A DNA stretch of 28,068 nucleotides from Candidatus Nanohalobium sp. (GTDB taxonomy: Archaea > Nanohalarchaeota > Nanosalinia > Nanosalinales > Nanosalinaceae), in the NCBI GenBank assembly GCA_042217555.1, contig JBDGSL010000058.1, positions 1 to 28,068 on the forward strand, in the 5' to 3' direction. Under the pieces are notes generated by a model. That model ran no database searches. It was not told the DNA's origin and worked only from the letters and a program-made list of their open reading frames with translations. Below are positions 7,996-16,690 of the stretch, in pieces. The position numbers and the translations under genes are program-made. Numbering within the stretch: position 1 is the first letter of the stretch; every line of letters starts with the position of its first letter.

Positions 7996-8673
7996 GTGAG
8001 TGAGGCTAGTTTTGGTGAGCATGTTGAGGAGCTGGTTTCTCGTTTGAAGCGTGTAGGGGTTGTTTTCTTGTTGTTGTCGGGTTTGGGCCTGTATTTTTCT
8101 CCGCGTGTGCTGTCTTTTCTCCAGTCTGATCTTGGTGTGAGACTTCATGCTCTGGCATCGTACGAGGTGTTGTATACGGAGATTATGATCGCCCTGGTTT
8201 TTGGCCTGGTTATGTCTCTTCCTGTCATCTATTTTGAGGGTTTAAGGTTTTTGAGGCCAGGTCTGCGTAGTGAGGAGTACAGGGTTTTGAGGAATTATCT
8301 TCCTGTTTCTGCTGTTCTTTTCGGTGTTGGAGCGGTTTTTGCTTACCGGTTTATTGTTAAGGCTTCTCTGGCGTTTTTCCAGTCAAGTACTTCTGCTTCT
8401 GAAGTTGCTGCTGTCTGGGGTTTGAGGAATACTCTGGGTTTTGCGTTGAAGCTTTCTGCTTTTTCCGGTGTGATGTTTCAGCTGCCTATTGCATCTCTTG
8501 TGCTTTCAAGGGCTGGCCTGCTTGACAGGGAGATGATGGTGAGGTACAGGAGTTACTTTGTCGTACTGGTTTTGTTCCTGGCTGCTGTCGCTACTCCTCC
8601 GGATATCCTGAGTCAGGTGCTTCTTGTCCTGCCGGTACTTGGACTGTATCAGATCTCGATATACCTGGTCTAA
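7996..8673 (+). CDS. tatC: Twin-arginine translocase subunit TatC
   Basis: EHVEELVSRL N-terminal motif, RPGLRSEE, FQLP, ATPPDILSQ, about six TM segments. GAGGTG SD upstream of the GTG. Confidence 0.95.
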   Translation: MSEASFGEHVEELVSRLKRVGVVFLLLSGLGLYFSPRVLSFLQSDLGVRLHALASYEVLYTEIMIALVFGLVMSLPVIYFEGLRFLRPGLRSEEYRVLRNYLPVSAVLFGVGAVFAYRFIVKASLAFFQSSTSASEVAAVWGLRNTLGFALKLSAFSGVMFQLPIASLVLSRAGLLDREMMVRYRSYFVVLVLFLAAVATPPDILSQVLLVLPVLGLYQISIYLV

Positions 8674-8781
8674 ACTGCTTCTGAAACACGTTTAGACCTT
8701 TTTCTAAGTTTTTTGACCGTTGCTTACATAGAAAAAGTTTTTTGAACTTCGAAACCTGTCTCTGAGGTATAGAAGAGTTTT

Positions 8782-9189
8782 TCACTTCAGTATTATCTGG
8801 CCTGTGCTGTCTCCGATATGAAAGTAGTTTTTGCGTGGTAGATGGCTGTATCTGGAGAAGTTGATGGTCCTGGAGCTGTTGGCCGGTATGGACAGCTTTT
8901 TCTCTATCTGATAGGGTTCAAAGGTTACCTGTATCTGTTCTGTCTCTTTATTTGTGAACATGGCGACTCCTGTACGGTTCATACTGGTTCTGTAAGGCAT
9001 CACGCTGTTATCGATCACTATCTCCCTGTCGTAGACTATCTTATCTTCTTCACTGGTGTTGTTTAGGGCTAGGAAGATAGAGGCTGCTAACACTACTGCG
9101 GTCAGTGCCAGGGCTTTGACCGGGTAGCCGTTTTCTTTCTCTAGAGGGTTTATCTGCTGCAGTTTTTCCTCTTTCTCAGCTAGATCCAT
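8782..9189 (-). CDS. Hypothetical membrane-anchored protein with small extracellular beta domain
   Basis: 135-aa ORF, one TM helix (ALALTAVVLAASIFLAL), several N-x-S/T sequons. It fills the gap convergent with tatC. Confidence 0.7.
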   Translation of the reverse strand: MDLAEKEEKLQQINPLEKENGYPVKALALTAVVLAASIFLALNNTSEEDKIVYDREIVIDNSVMPYRTSMNRTGVAMFTNKETEQIQVTFEPYQIEKKLSIPANSSRTINFSRYSHLPRKNYFHIGDSTGQIILK

Positions 9190-9267
9190 CCCAAGGTATA
9201 ATCGGTTAGGCCGGTGTATAAAATTGATGGTGGGCGCTGGAGAAGAGGGGAAAAGTAGGCTCTTCTC

Positions 9268-9462
9268 TCAGTCGGTAAGTTCGTTGATAGCTTCTGAAAA
9301 GCCGGATTCCATGAAGTTGCGGTATCTGGCAGTATTGTCTTCGTCCTTCCAGTCTGGGTGGAATCCGTTGCCGTTCAGGGTTATCTCAAGGTGTCTGGAC
9401 TCTCCTGTGTCGCCGAACTGCAGTTCGTAGATACGCCAGTCTTTCCCTGTAGCTCATGACAT
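9268..9462 (-). pseudogene. Possible small gene remnant with an early in-frame TGA
   Basis: ATG TCA TGA, then 61 open codons (ATGKDWRIYELQFGDTGESRHLEITLNGNGFHPDWKDEDNTARYRNFMESGFSEAINELTD) with host-like acidic composition. Confidence 0.3.
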
Positions 9463-9512
9463 CAGTATCTTACTTTTCCTGAACAACAAATAACTCTCCT
9501 CCCTGACTACTG

Positions 9513-9536
9513 TTTAAAGATTTAGGCCTTCCTAAA
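9513..9536 (+). promoter_or_regulatory. sufB promoter: TATA-like TTTAAA followed by palindromic operator TTTAGG-CCTT-CCTAAA (DtxR/SirR/MntR-type box)
   Basis: Inverted repeat at 9521-9536 between the TATA-like element and the ATG at 9543. The same motif recurs upstream of sufC. Confidence 0.75.
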
Positions 9537-9542
9537 AATTGT

Positions 9543-12110
9543 ATGTCTGACGAAAATATCGAGAAAAACCAGGAACGCTTTGAACATATAACCAATGCAG
9601 ATATCGAGTACGATGCCGGGAAAGGACTTTCAGAGGAGACTGTCCAGAAGATCTCTGAGGAAAAAGATGAGCCGGAATGGATGCTTGAGAAGAGACTGGA
9701 GGCGTTCAGACACTTCAAGAAAAGACCGATGCCGGACTGGGGCCCAGACCTTTCAGATCTTGACTTCTCCGATATCAAGCCTTACGTGATAGCTGAAGGC
9801 GACCAGAGCAGGGACTGGGAGGATGTACCTGATGAGATCAAGGAAACCTTCGACAAGCTTGGTGTCCCGGAGGCGGAGAAAGAAGCTCTTGCCGGTGCTG
9901 GAGCTCAGTACGAGTGTTTGGCTGGCGATGCTAAGGTTTTCACTAATGCTGAAGGCCCTGTGGAAATTGAAGAAATCGAGCCTAGGTCGAAGGTTTTTTC
10001 TATTGATCCCGAGTCCAAAGAAATAGAGCGCAGAGAAGTTGTTGCGAAAAAGGAGAGCGGCCTCAAGGAAACATTTGAAATGAAGGTTAAAGGCGGTAGA
10101 AAAGTCACTGCTTCCGACAACCATCCGTTCCTGGTACTTGACAGCAAGGTTAAGAAAGGAAATAAACGGAAAACCTGGTTTACCGAATGGAGAACTCTAG
10201 AAGAATTGGATGAAGGAGACTATGTGGCAGTCTCTAAAGGCCTTTCTGGAGATGGAGAATCCTACAGTTTTGAGGAGCCTGAAGTGGAGAACCCTGGCAG
10301 ATGTAAAGATGTAGACATCCCTGAACAAACATCTGAGAAATTGATGTGGTTGCTTGGATTCTATATTGGAGATGGATTCATCAAGTATGAGAAAACAGAC
10401 AAGAAAAGAGTATCCTTTGCCATAGATGAGACACAAAAAGAATTGAGATCGGAGATAATCAAAGTAGCTGAAGGCCTTTTTGGTACAGAGGTAAGCAGCA
10501 CAGATTCCAGTAGATTAAGTATCTTTTCTACCCCTGTAGCCCAATTCCTAATAGATAATGGCTTTGAAGGAAAAGCAGGGGAGAAATCGCTTCCTGACTG
10601 GATTTTCAGTCTTCCTGAAGAACAGAAACTGGCGTTCATAGCAGGATACCTAGACGCAGATGGAAATGTGAGAGCGAACCATAAAAACAAGGATCCTGTT
10701 ATAACCAGCAAGAACAGAAAGCTTCTAAACCAGGTAAGAGATCTAGCGCTGTACACAGGACTTAACACCTCCTCGATTCACGAATTCAGCTCAGATCATC
10801 CTCATAAAGAAGATGAAGAAATAATTGCTTACAGGCTTCAGTTAAGTGGCGATACATCCAGACTGCCTTCCAGACATCCTGTCAAGAAAGAAAGACTGGG
10901 TCAGAAAGAATACTTCCACAACTTCACTTCAGCAGAAGGCTCCGACATCTCCAGCCACTGCTCAGAAAACATCGGGTTCGCCCGCATAGAAAAAATAGAA
11001 CCTATGGGCGAGCAGAAAACATATGACATACAAGTAGAAGGCCGCAGCAATTTCATCTCAAATGGAATAGTAGCACACAACTCCGAAGTCGTATACCAGA
11101 ACATGAAAGAGAAGTGGGAGGAAAAAGGCGTCATATTCTGCGACATGGACGAAGCTGTTCAGAATCACGAGGAGCTTGTCAGGGAGTACTTCATGAACAA
11201 GTGTGTTCCGCCTCAGGACAACAAGTTCGCAGCGCTCCACGGCGCAGTATGGTCAGGCGGAAGTTTTGTCTATGTTCCGGAAGGTGTAGAAGTTGAAATC
11301 CCGGTTCAGGCATACTTCCGTATGAACTCGAAGGGTATGGGCCAGTTCGAGCATACACTGATAATCGCGGAGGAGAACTCTAAGATCCACTACATAGAGG
11401 GGTGCAGCGCGCCTCAGTACACCAGAAACAATCTACACGCCGGTTGCGTCGAAGTATTTGTCAAGGAGGATGCTCATGTCCAGTACTCGACGGTCCAGAA
11501 CTGGTCGAAGAATACTTACAACCTGAATACGAAGAGAGCCAAGGTGCAGGAGGAAGGTGTTATGGAGTGGGTCTCAGGAAGCATGGGGTCCAAAGTTACG
11601 ATGCTGTATCCGAGCACCCATCTGAACGGTGAAGGAGCCAGGGCTAACCATATCTCGATTGCTTACGCCGGAGACGGACAGAACATAGATACAGGTGCCA
11701 AGGTTCTTCACAATGCTCCGGAAACATCTTCTACTATCGAATCCAAGTCTATCTCACAGGGCTCTGGCAGAACAAACTACCGTGGACTGGTAAGAGTCCC
11801 GGAAGGTGCCTCAGGTTCGTCTGTATCGGTGGAGTGCGACGCTCTCATGTTTGCTGAGGAGGCAACCAGCGATACGGAGCCTTACATCGAGATAAAGGAG
11901 GATGATGTCGAGATGGCGCATGAAGCAACTGTTGGAAGGATAGGTGACGATGAGATACATTACATGATGTCTCGTGGGATTGAGGAGGAGGAAGCCAAGG
12001 AGATGATTGTAAGAGGGTTTATAGAGCCGATTGCGAAGGAGCTTCCGCTTGAATACGCAGTTGAGTTAAACCGCTTGATTGAACTTGAGATGGAGGGAAG
12101 CCTGGGATGA
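9543..12110 (+). CDS. sufB: Fe-S cluster assembly scaffold SufB containing an intein (466-aa extein)
   Basis: GLSEETV..IS..KDEPEWML, DNKFAALHGAVWSGGSF, GQFEHTLII, YIEGCSAP, STVQNWS, HEATVG, ELPLEYAVELNRLI..EMEGSLG. Confidence 0.97.
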   Translation: MSDENIEKNQERFEHITNADIEYDAGKGLSEETVQKISEEKDEPEWMLEKRLEAFRHFKKRPMPDWGPDLSDLDFSDIKPYVIAEGDQSRDWEDVPDEIKETFDKLGVPEAEKEALAGAGAQYECLAGDAKVFTNAEGPVEIEEIEPRSKVFSIDPESKEIERREVVAKKESGLKETFEMKVKGGRKVTASDNHPFLVLDSKVKKGNKRKTWFTEWRTLEELDEGDYVAVSKGLSGDGESYSFEEPEVENPGRCKDVDIPEQTSEKLMWLLGFYIGDGFIKYEKTDKKRVSFAIDETQKELRSEIIKVAEGLFGTEVSSTDSSRLSIFSTPVAQFLIDNGFEGKAGEKSLPDWIFSLPEEQKLAFIAGYLDADGNVRANHKNKDPVITSKNRKLLNQVRDLALYTGLNTSSIHEFSSDHPHKEDEEIIAYRLQLSGDTSRLPSRHPVKKERLGQKEYFHNFTSAEGSDISSHCSENIGFARIEKIEPMGEQKTYDIQVEGRSNFISNGIVAHNSEVVYQNMKEKWEEKGVIFCDMDEAVQNHEELVREYFMNKCVPPQDNKFAALHGAVWSGGSFVYVPEGVEVEIPVQAYFRMNSKGMGQFEHTLIIAEENSKIHYIEGCSAPQYTRNNLHAGCVEVFVKEDAHVQYSTVQNWSKNTYNLNTKRAKVQEEGVMEWVSGSMGSKVTMLYPSTHLNGEGARANHISIAYAGDGQNIDTGAKVLHNAPETSSTIESKSISQGSGRTNYRGLVRVPEGASGSSVSVECDALMFAEEATSDTEPYIEIKEDDVEMAHEATVGRIGDDEIHYMMSRGIEEEEAKEMIVRGFIEPIAKELPLEYAVELNRLIELEMEGSLG
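9915..11081 (+). mobile_element. Intein with LAGLIDADG homing endonuclease (389 aa) in SufB
   Basis: AQYE|CLAGDAKV ... GIVAHN|SEVVY. Block B ASDNHPF. LAGLIDADG motifs LLGFYIGDG and FIAGYLDADG. Confidence 0.96.
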
Positions 12111-12189
12111 GAAACAGGTTGGTGGAAAACCGTGGTTCCTGTGAGAGAAATCTTACGGCTTCAGTTCTATGTGCAGACAGGTGATAGGT

Positions 12190-13275
12190 ATGACATTGGA
12201 GAAGATTAGGAAAGATGCTGAGGACAGGTTTGAAAACCTTGAACTACCTGATTCTATCAGGACTCCGGGCAGGACGTGGACACGTTACCCGGTTATGAAG
12301 GACTTGGAGGTTTCGCAGAGTGTTGAACCTGATTTAAGTGTTGAAGGCGAGGCCGAGGTTTTTACCGGTGATGAAGCCCTTGAGGAGGCTGCAGGCAGTT
12401 TTATGGATGCTGTTAAACGCGGTGAGAACAGGTTGACCATGCTTCACTTTGCTAACGTTAATTCACTTGTGTTTGTCAGAGCGAAAGGTAAGGCCGAGGT
12501 GGATGTTGTTTATGATGAGGATTCACCGGTTTTTGCCCATTTAGTGGTTGAGGCAGATATGAACGCGGAAGTAGATGTTACGGAGAGTTTTCGTGGAAGT
12601 TCTGAGGTTCAGACATCTTTCAACGAGTTCTACCTGGGCAGTAACTCTACATTGAACTACGGAGTTATCGAGTCCATGGACGCTGAACTGAGTTATTCCC
12701 GGCGTAAGGCATTAGTGGGTAGAGACGCTGAGATGAACTGGCTTAACTGTGTTTTCGACAGTGATCTTAACCGGACAAAGATTGAGACGGTTCTGAAAGG
12801 AGATAACTCTGAGACGGAGAACATAGGCATATGGTACCCGGTTGAGGACCAGCACTTCGACATCGCGATGCATGTATACCACAGAGGAGAGAACACCAGG
12901 TGTGACATGGACTCCAGGGCCGTAGTCGACGACAGGGCACGGTCCGTCTACGAAGGACTTCAACAGGTTGAGGAAGAAGCGGAGAACACCAGCAGCTTCC
13001 AGGATGAGGAAGTCCTGCTTCTATCCGACGAGGCGGAAGACGATGCATCACCAAAACTGATGATAGAAAACCCTGAAGTCGAGGCCTCACACGCCGCATC
13101 AACAGGAGGGCTGCCGGAAAAAGAACTGCACTATCTGAAATCCCGGGGGCTTAGTGAAGAGGAAGCAAGAAAGCTGATTGTCAAAGGCTACTTTGAACCT
13201 GTCATGCAGAAGATCCAGCTCCCGGAACTGAAAAAAACCGTCAGGGAAGAAGTAGAGAAAAAGCTTTCAAGATAA
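12190..13275 (+). CDS. sufD: Fe-S cluster assembly protein SufD
   Basis: SufBD beta-helix with RSVYEG, LLSDEAE.DASPKL.I, VEASHAAS, YLKSRGL. ATG 12190 follows a GGTGA SD-like element (the ORF track begins at 12169). Confidence 0.92.
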   Translation: MTLEKIRKDAEDRFENLELPDSIRTPGRTWTRYPVMKDLEVSQSVEPDLSVEGEAEVFTGDEALEEAAGSFMDAVKRGENRLTMLHFANVNSLVFVRAKGKAEVDVVYDEDSPVFAHLVVEADMNAEVDVTESFRGSSEVQTSFNEFYLGSNSTLNYGVIESMDAELSYSRRKALVGRDAEMNWLNCVFDSDLNRTKIETVLKGDNSETENIGIWYPVEDQHFDIAMHVYHRGENTRCDMDSRAVVDDRARSVYEGLQQVEEEAENTSSFQDEEVLLLSDEAEDDASPKLMIENPEVEASHAASTGGLPEKELHYLKSRGLSEEEARKLIVKGYFEPVMQKIQLPELKKTVREEVEKKLSR

Positions 13276-13411
13276 CTTGCTTGATAGTCTCTGAACGAGG
13301 GAAGAGGTATCTCTCTTGTCATGGATATAACCGTTTCTGATAAGTCTGTAGTAGTACAGAGGCCGTGAATATCTTACGGATTTAAATAACTGGTTGGTGT
13401 AACAGGGGTAC

Positions 13412-14935
13412 ATGGTTCTGAGCAAACTCAGCGACTTTCTGGGAAATGCTTTCAAATCCAAGAGCGATCTTGATCTTCTGGAAGGTCCTGTAGGTAAGAA
13501 CCTGTTCTACCTGGCGCTGCCGGTTGTAGTTACCAATCTGTTGAGGACAGCTTACAATATCGCTGATACTTTCTGGCTGGGCCAGTACTCGGGAGATGCG
13601 CTTGCAGCTATAACTTTTGCTTTCCCTCTCGTCTTCTTTTTGATCTCCCTGGGTATGGGCCTCGCAGTCGCTGGAAGCGTGTTGATTGCACAGTATGAAG
13701 GTAAGGGGAGCAGGAGTAAGGTAGACTTTGCTGCTTCTCAGACAGTTACTTTCTCCGCAGCAGTATCCATAGTACTGGGTGCTGCAGGTTATTTCCTGAT
13801 AGGTGATGTTTTAACTCTTCTTGGTGCTGAAGGAGCTGTCGCAGCTTCCGCATCAGGCTATCTGCAGATAATCAGTCTTGGATTGTTCGCTATGTTTGGT
13901 TTTGCCGTTTTCATGTCGATGATGAGAGGTTTTGGCGATACATTGACGCCGATGCTTCTGATGCTGGCCACAGTGATTCTTAATATCGTGATCGACCCGT
14001 TTTTCATTTTTGGCTGGTGGATTTTCCCTGAGATGGGTGTAGAGGGAGCAGCAGTTGCCACAATCTTCTCCCGTTTTCTATCTCTGGGCGTAGCACTCTG
14101 GATCCTGTTCTCAGGTAGAAAAGGTGTAAAAGTGGAGCTGGGGAAGATGAAACCGGATCCGGATTACTTCAGGAAGATGGTGAAGATAGGAGTTCCTGCA
14201 TCTATAGAAGGAGTAGGCAGATCAGTCTCCGTCAACCTTCTTGTAGCTGTAATCGGCTGGATGTTCATAGATCAGGTGGTCGCAGGATACGGAATCGGAA
14301 TCAGGATTTTCTCAATGATTTTCTTACCTGCTGTAGCAGTGGGAAGAGCCGTGGAATCGATGGGCGGTCAAAACCTTGGAGCAGGCAACTTTGAAAGAGC
14401 AGGGAAAACCGCACGAGCCGGAGCCAAATACAGCCTCCTGATACTTTCAGGGATAGGCGTATTAACATTTATATTTGCAGATCCTATCGCCTCAGTTTTT
14501 ACAAAAGACCAGGCTATCGCATCGATCGCTGCAGAGTTCCTGACGTATATCTCACTTACTTTCGGAGGAGTAGGAGTTCTCAGAGCTTTCTCAGGGCTTT
14601 TCCGGGGAGCAGGTAAAACAATTGTAGCAGCATTCCTGGCTGTGGCATCACTTGGCCTTATCCGGCTTCCCGTAGCCTATATAGCTGCAAATATGGTGGG
14701 CTTAAGAGGGATCTGGGCAGGGTTTATAGCTTCGAACATACTGGGCGCTGTAATAGCATATCTTCTCTACAGGAGAGGAGGCTGGAGAAAAACGGTTACA
14801 GAAGAAGACCAGCAGAGAGGAGAAATAGCTGAAGAAGCCGATGAATACGGTGAAACCATAACTGAAGCTTTAAACAAGAGAAAAGAAAAACTATTTTCCG
14901 GTTTCACAGGTTTACTGGATTTCAGAGACTCCTGA
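13412..14935 (+). CDS. MATE family efflux transporter
   Basis: LALPVV..NLL..AYNIADTFWLG, RGFGDT..PM, LNIVIDPFFIFG, MGVEGAAVAT, about 12 TM segments. Confidence 0.95.
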   Translation: MVLSKLSDFLGNAFKSKSDLDLLEGPVGKNLFYLALPVVVTNLLRTAYNIADTFWLGQYSGDALAAITFAFPLVFFLISLGMGLAVAGSVLIAQYEGKGSRSKVDFAASQTVTFSAAVSIVLGAAGYFLIGDVLTLLGAEGAVAASASGYLQIISLGLFAMFGFAVFMSMMRGFGDTLTPMLLMLATVILNIVIDPFFIFGWWIFPEMGVEGAAVATIFSRFLSLGVALWILFSGRKGVKVELGKMKPDPDYFRKMVKIGVPASIEGVGRSVSVNLLVAVIGWMFIDQVVAGYGIGIRIFSMIFLPAVAVGRAVESMGGQNLGAGNFERAGKTARAGAKYSLLILSGIGVLTFIFADPIASVFTKDQAIASIAAEFLTYISLTFGGVGVLRAFSGLFRGAGKTIVAAFLAVASLGLIRLPVAYIAANMVGLRGIWAGFIASNILGAVIAYLLYRRGGWRKTVTEEDQQRGEIAEEADEYGETITEALNKRKEKLFSGFTGLLDFRDS

Positions 14936-14976
14936 TCCAGCAACCGGTCCTAAAAAACTTTTTGACACTCTCTGCT

Positions 14977-15534
14977 TCACTCCTCGAAAATTTTGCATTC
15001 AACCATTTTCTCTATCGATTTTTTCAGTTTTTCCAGTCCTTTTCTGTCGCCTGTTGTTATCTTACGGCTTGCTGCTCCTTCAAGCACAGATGTTATGATC
15101 TCGGCCCTGTTTTCCGGTTGTTCCGCACCTGTCTGCTGTATTATTTCCTGTATCCTATGTTTCACCATGTCATCTATCTTCCGGAACTTTTCCTGGAACT
15201 CCAGGTTTTCAGCAGCTGTCGAACGTAGTTCAAACAGTGATTTTCTGAGCTCCCACTCTTTTTCCCCGTCTATGCCTATGGCAGCGTCTATTACCTCGTT
15301 GATCTGTTCCTCAGGTGTTTTACTGTCGTCTTGTACCAGGTACTCCTGCTTTATCTCCTCCGTCAGGTATTCGAGGAATGACAGCATGAGGTCTTCCTTG
15401 TCTTCGAAGTGGTGATAGATCAGCGACTTGCTTTTCCCGGTTTCATCGGCTATATCCTGGATAGAGGTTTCAGCGTAGCCGTGTCTGGCCAGTGCAGTGC
15501 ATGTCGCATCCATTATCTCTTCCCTCGAACCCAT
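14977..15534 (-). CDS. TetR/AcrR family transcriptional regulator
   Basis: EEIMDA...GYAETSIQDIADETGKSKSLIYHHFEDKEDL helix-turn-helix. Confidence 0.95.
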   Translation of the reverse strand: MGSREEIMDATCTALARHGYAETSIQDIADETGKSKSLIYHHFEDKEDLMLSFLEYLTEEIKQEYLVQDDSKTPEEQINEVIDAAIGIDGEKEWELRKSLFELRSTAAENLEFQEKFRKIDDMVKHRIQEIIQQTGAEQPENRAEIITSVLEGAASRKITTGDRKGLEKLKKSIEKMVECKIFEE

Positions 15535-15556
15535 GCTGACTGAACGTTCATTCAGC
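15535..15556. promoter_or_regulatory. Putative TetR operator (22-bp near-perfect palindrome)
   Basis: GCTGACTGAAC|GTTCATTCAGC, one mismatch. It abuts the tetR start codon in the 55-bp divergent intergenic region. Confidence 0.8.
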
Positions 15557-15589
15557 TTTTTAACTTTTTCATACGTACTTCTTTCTCAG

Positions 15590-16690
15590 ATGAGTTCTGT
15601 GTTAAAGGATTTGTTGAGGTCTCTTGCACGTCTGCAGCTAGAGCACACTGACGCTGTTATAATTGCTTGCCTGGTCTTTACAGCAGTTCTTGCATCGGGT
15701 ATACCGAAGATCCAGATACAGACGGATTTCCAGGAAGGGCTTCCACAGGATCTTCCTCCTATAGTCGCTGAGGACAAGGTTGAGGCACGTTTCGGTAATA
15801 TTGACTCTCTGGTCGTACTTTTCCAGACGTCCGATGAACCTGTCCAGAACTCCACCGTCACGGATATCCGTGATCCCAGAATGGTTGAGACGTTGAACTT
15901 TCTATCACAGGAGCTGAAACAGGAACCGATTATAGAGTCCACGAACTCGATGTCAATGCTTTTTGACAGGGATCCTTCCTCAAAACAGCAGGTGAAGCAG
16001 AAGCTTTCCGGAAGCGATGTAAGCTTCACAAACAGGGATTACACTGCGACAACGATGTATGTAAAGCTCAGTGAAGAAATGACGGAGGAGAATGTCAAAA
16101 AAGCCACGAGAATACTCAGGGAGAATATCAGGGAATCTCCACTTTACCCCGGTGTTGAAGCACATGTAACCGGTCTCCCAGCAATCAGGACATCTCTTTC
16201 CAGCATCATAATATCAAGCTCGGCCAAGATAATCGGGGTGGCTTCGATACTGATCCTGATGCTTTTGACAGGTGTCAGAGGTATTTTCTACGGACCTGCA
16301 ACTTTCGTCCCGCTTTTCATGGGTCTTGTCTGGACACTGGGAGCTATGGGGTGGTTAGGACTGCCCTTAACCATAGTTACAGTTGCACTGGCCTCAATGC
16401 TTCTCGGCCTGGGCGTGGAATACGGCTCTTTCATCGCTGAAAGGATAGTGGAGGAAGCGGAGGAAAGCGATATAGAGAATGCGGTTATGAAAACCATGCC
16501 TAACACTGGTGAAGCCGTTCTCGGGTCTTCAACCACTGACCTTATAGGTTTCCTGGCGCTTCTAATGGCCTCGATATCTTTCATTCAGGACCTGGGTCTT
16601 ACACTGGCACTGGGGGAGGCATTGACTCTGACAGGAGCAATTGTTTTGACACCGGCGCTGATAATAAAGTATGAGAGGTGGAACAGATGA
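15590..16690 (+). CDS. MMPL/RND (HAE3-like) transporter, half-size subunit 1
   Basis: TM1, extracytoplasmic loop, then five TMs with GLGVEYG and TTDLIGFLAL. ATG 15590 is preferred because the longer ORF overlaps tetR. Confidence 0.88.
   Translation: MSSVLKDLLRSLARLQLEHTDAVIIACLVFTAVLASGIPKIQIQTDFQEGLPQDLPPIVAEDKVEARFGNIDSLVVLFQTSDEPVQNSTVTDIRDPRMVETLNFLSQELKQEPIIESTNSMSMLFDRDPSSKQQVKQKLSGSDVSFTNRDYTATTMYVKLSEEMTEENVKKATRILRENIRESPLYPGVEAHVTGLPAIRTSLSSIIISSSAKIIGVASILILMLLTGVRGIFYGPATFVPLFMGLVWTLGAMGWLGLPLTIVTVALASMLLGLGVEYGSFIAERIVEEAEESDIENAVMKTMPNTGEAVLGSSTTDLIGFLALLMASISFIQDLGLTLALGEALTLTGAIVLTPALIIKYERWNR

Noticed and set aside
7615..8148. 177-aa minus-strand ORF
   Set aside because: It is the antisense shadow of tatA/tatC, favoured by the extreme G+T skew. 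No protein motifs.
15497..15589. N-terminal extension of the first MMPL ORF
   Set aside because: It overlaps tetR and its operator. ATG 15590 gives a normal N-terminus.
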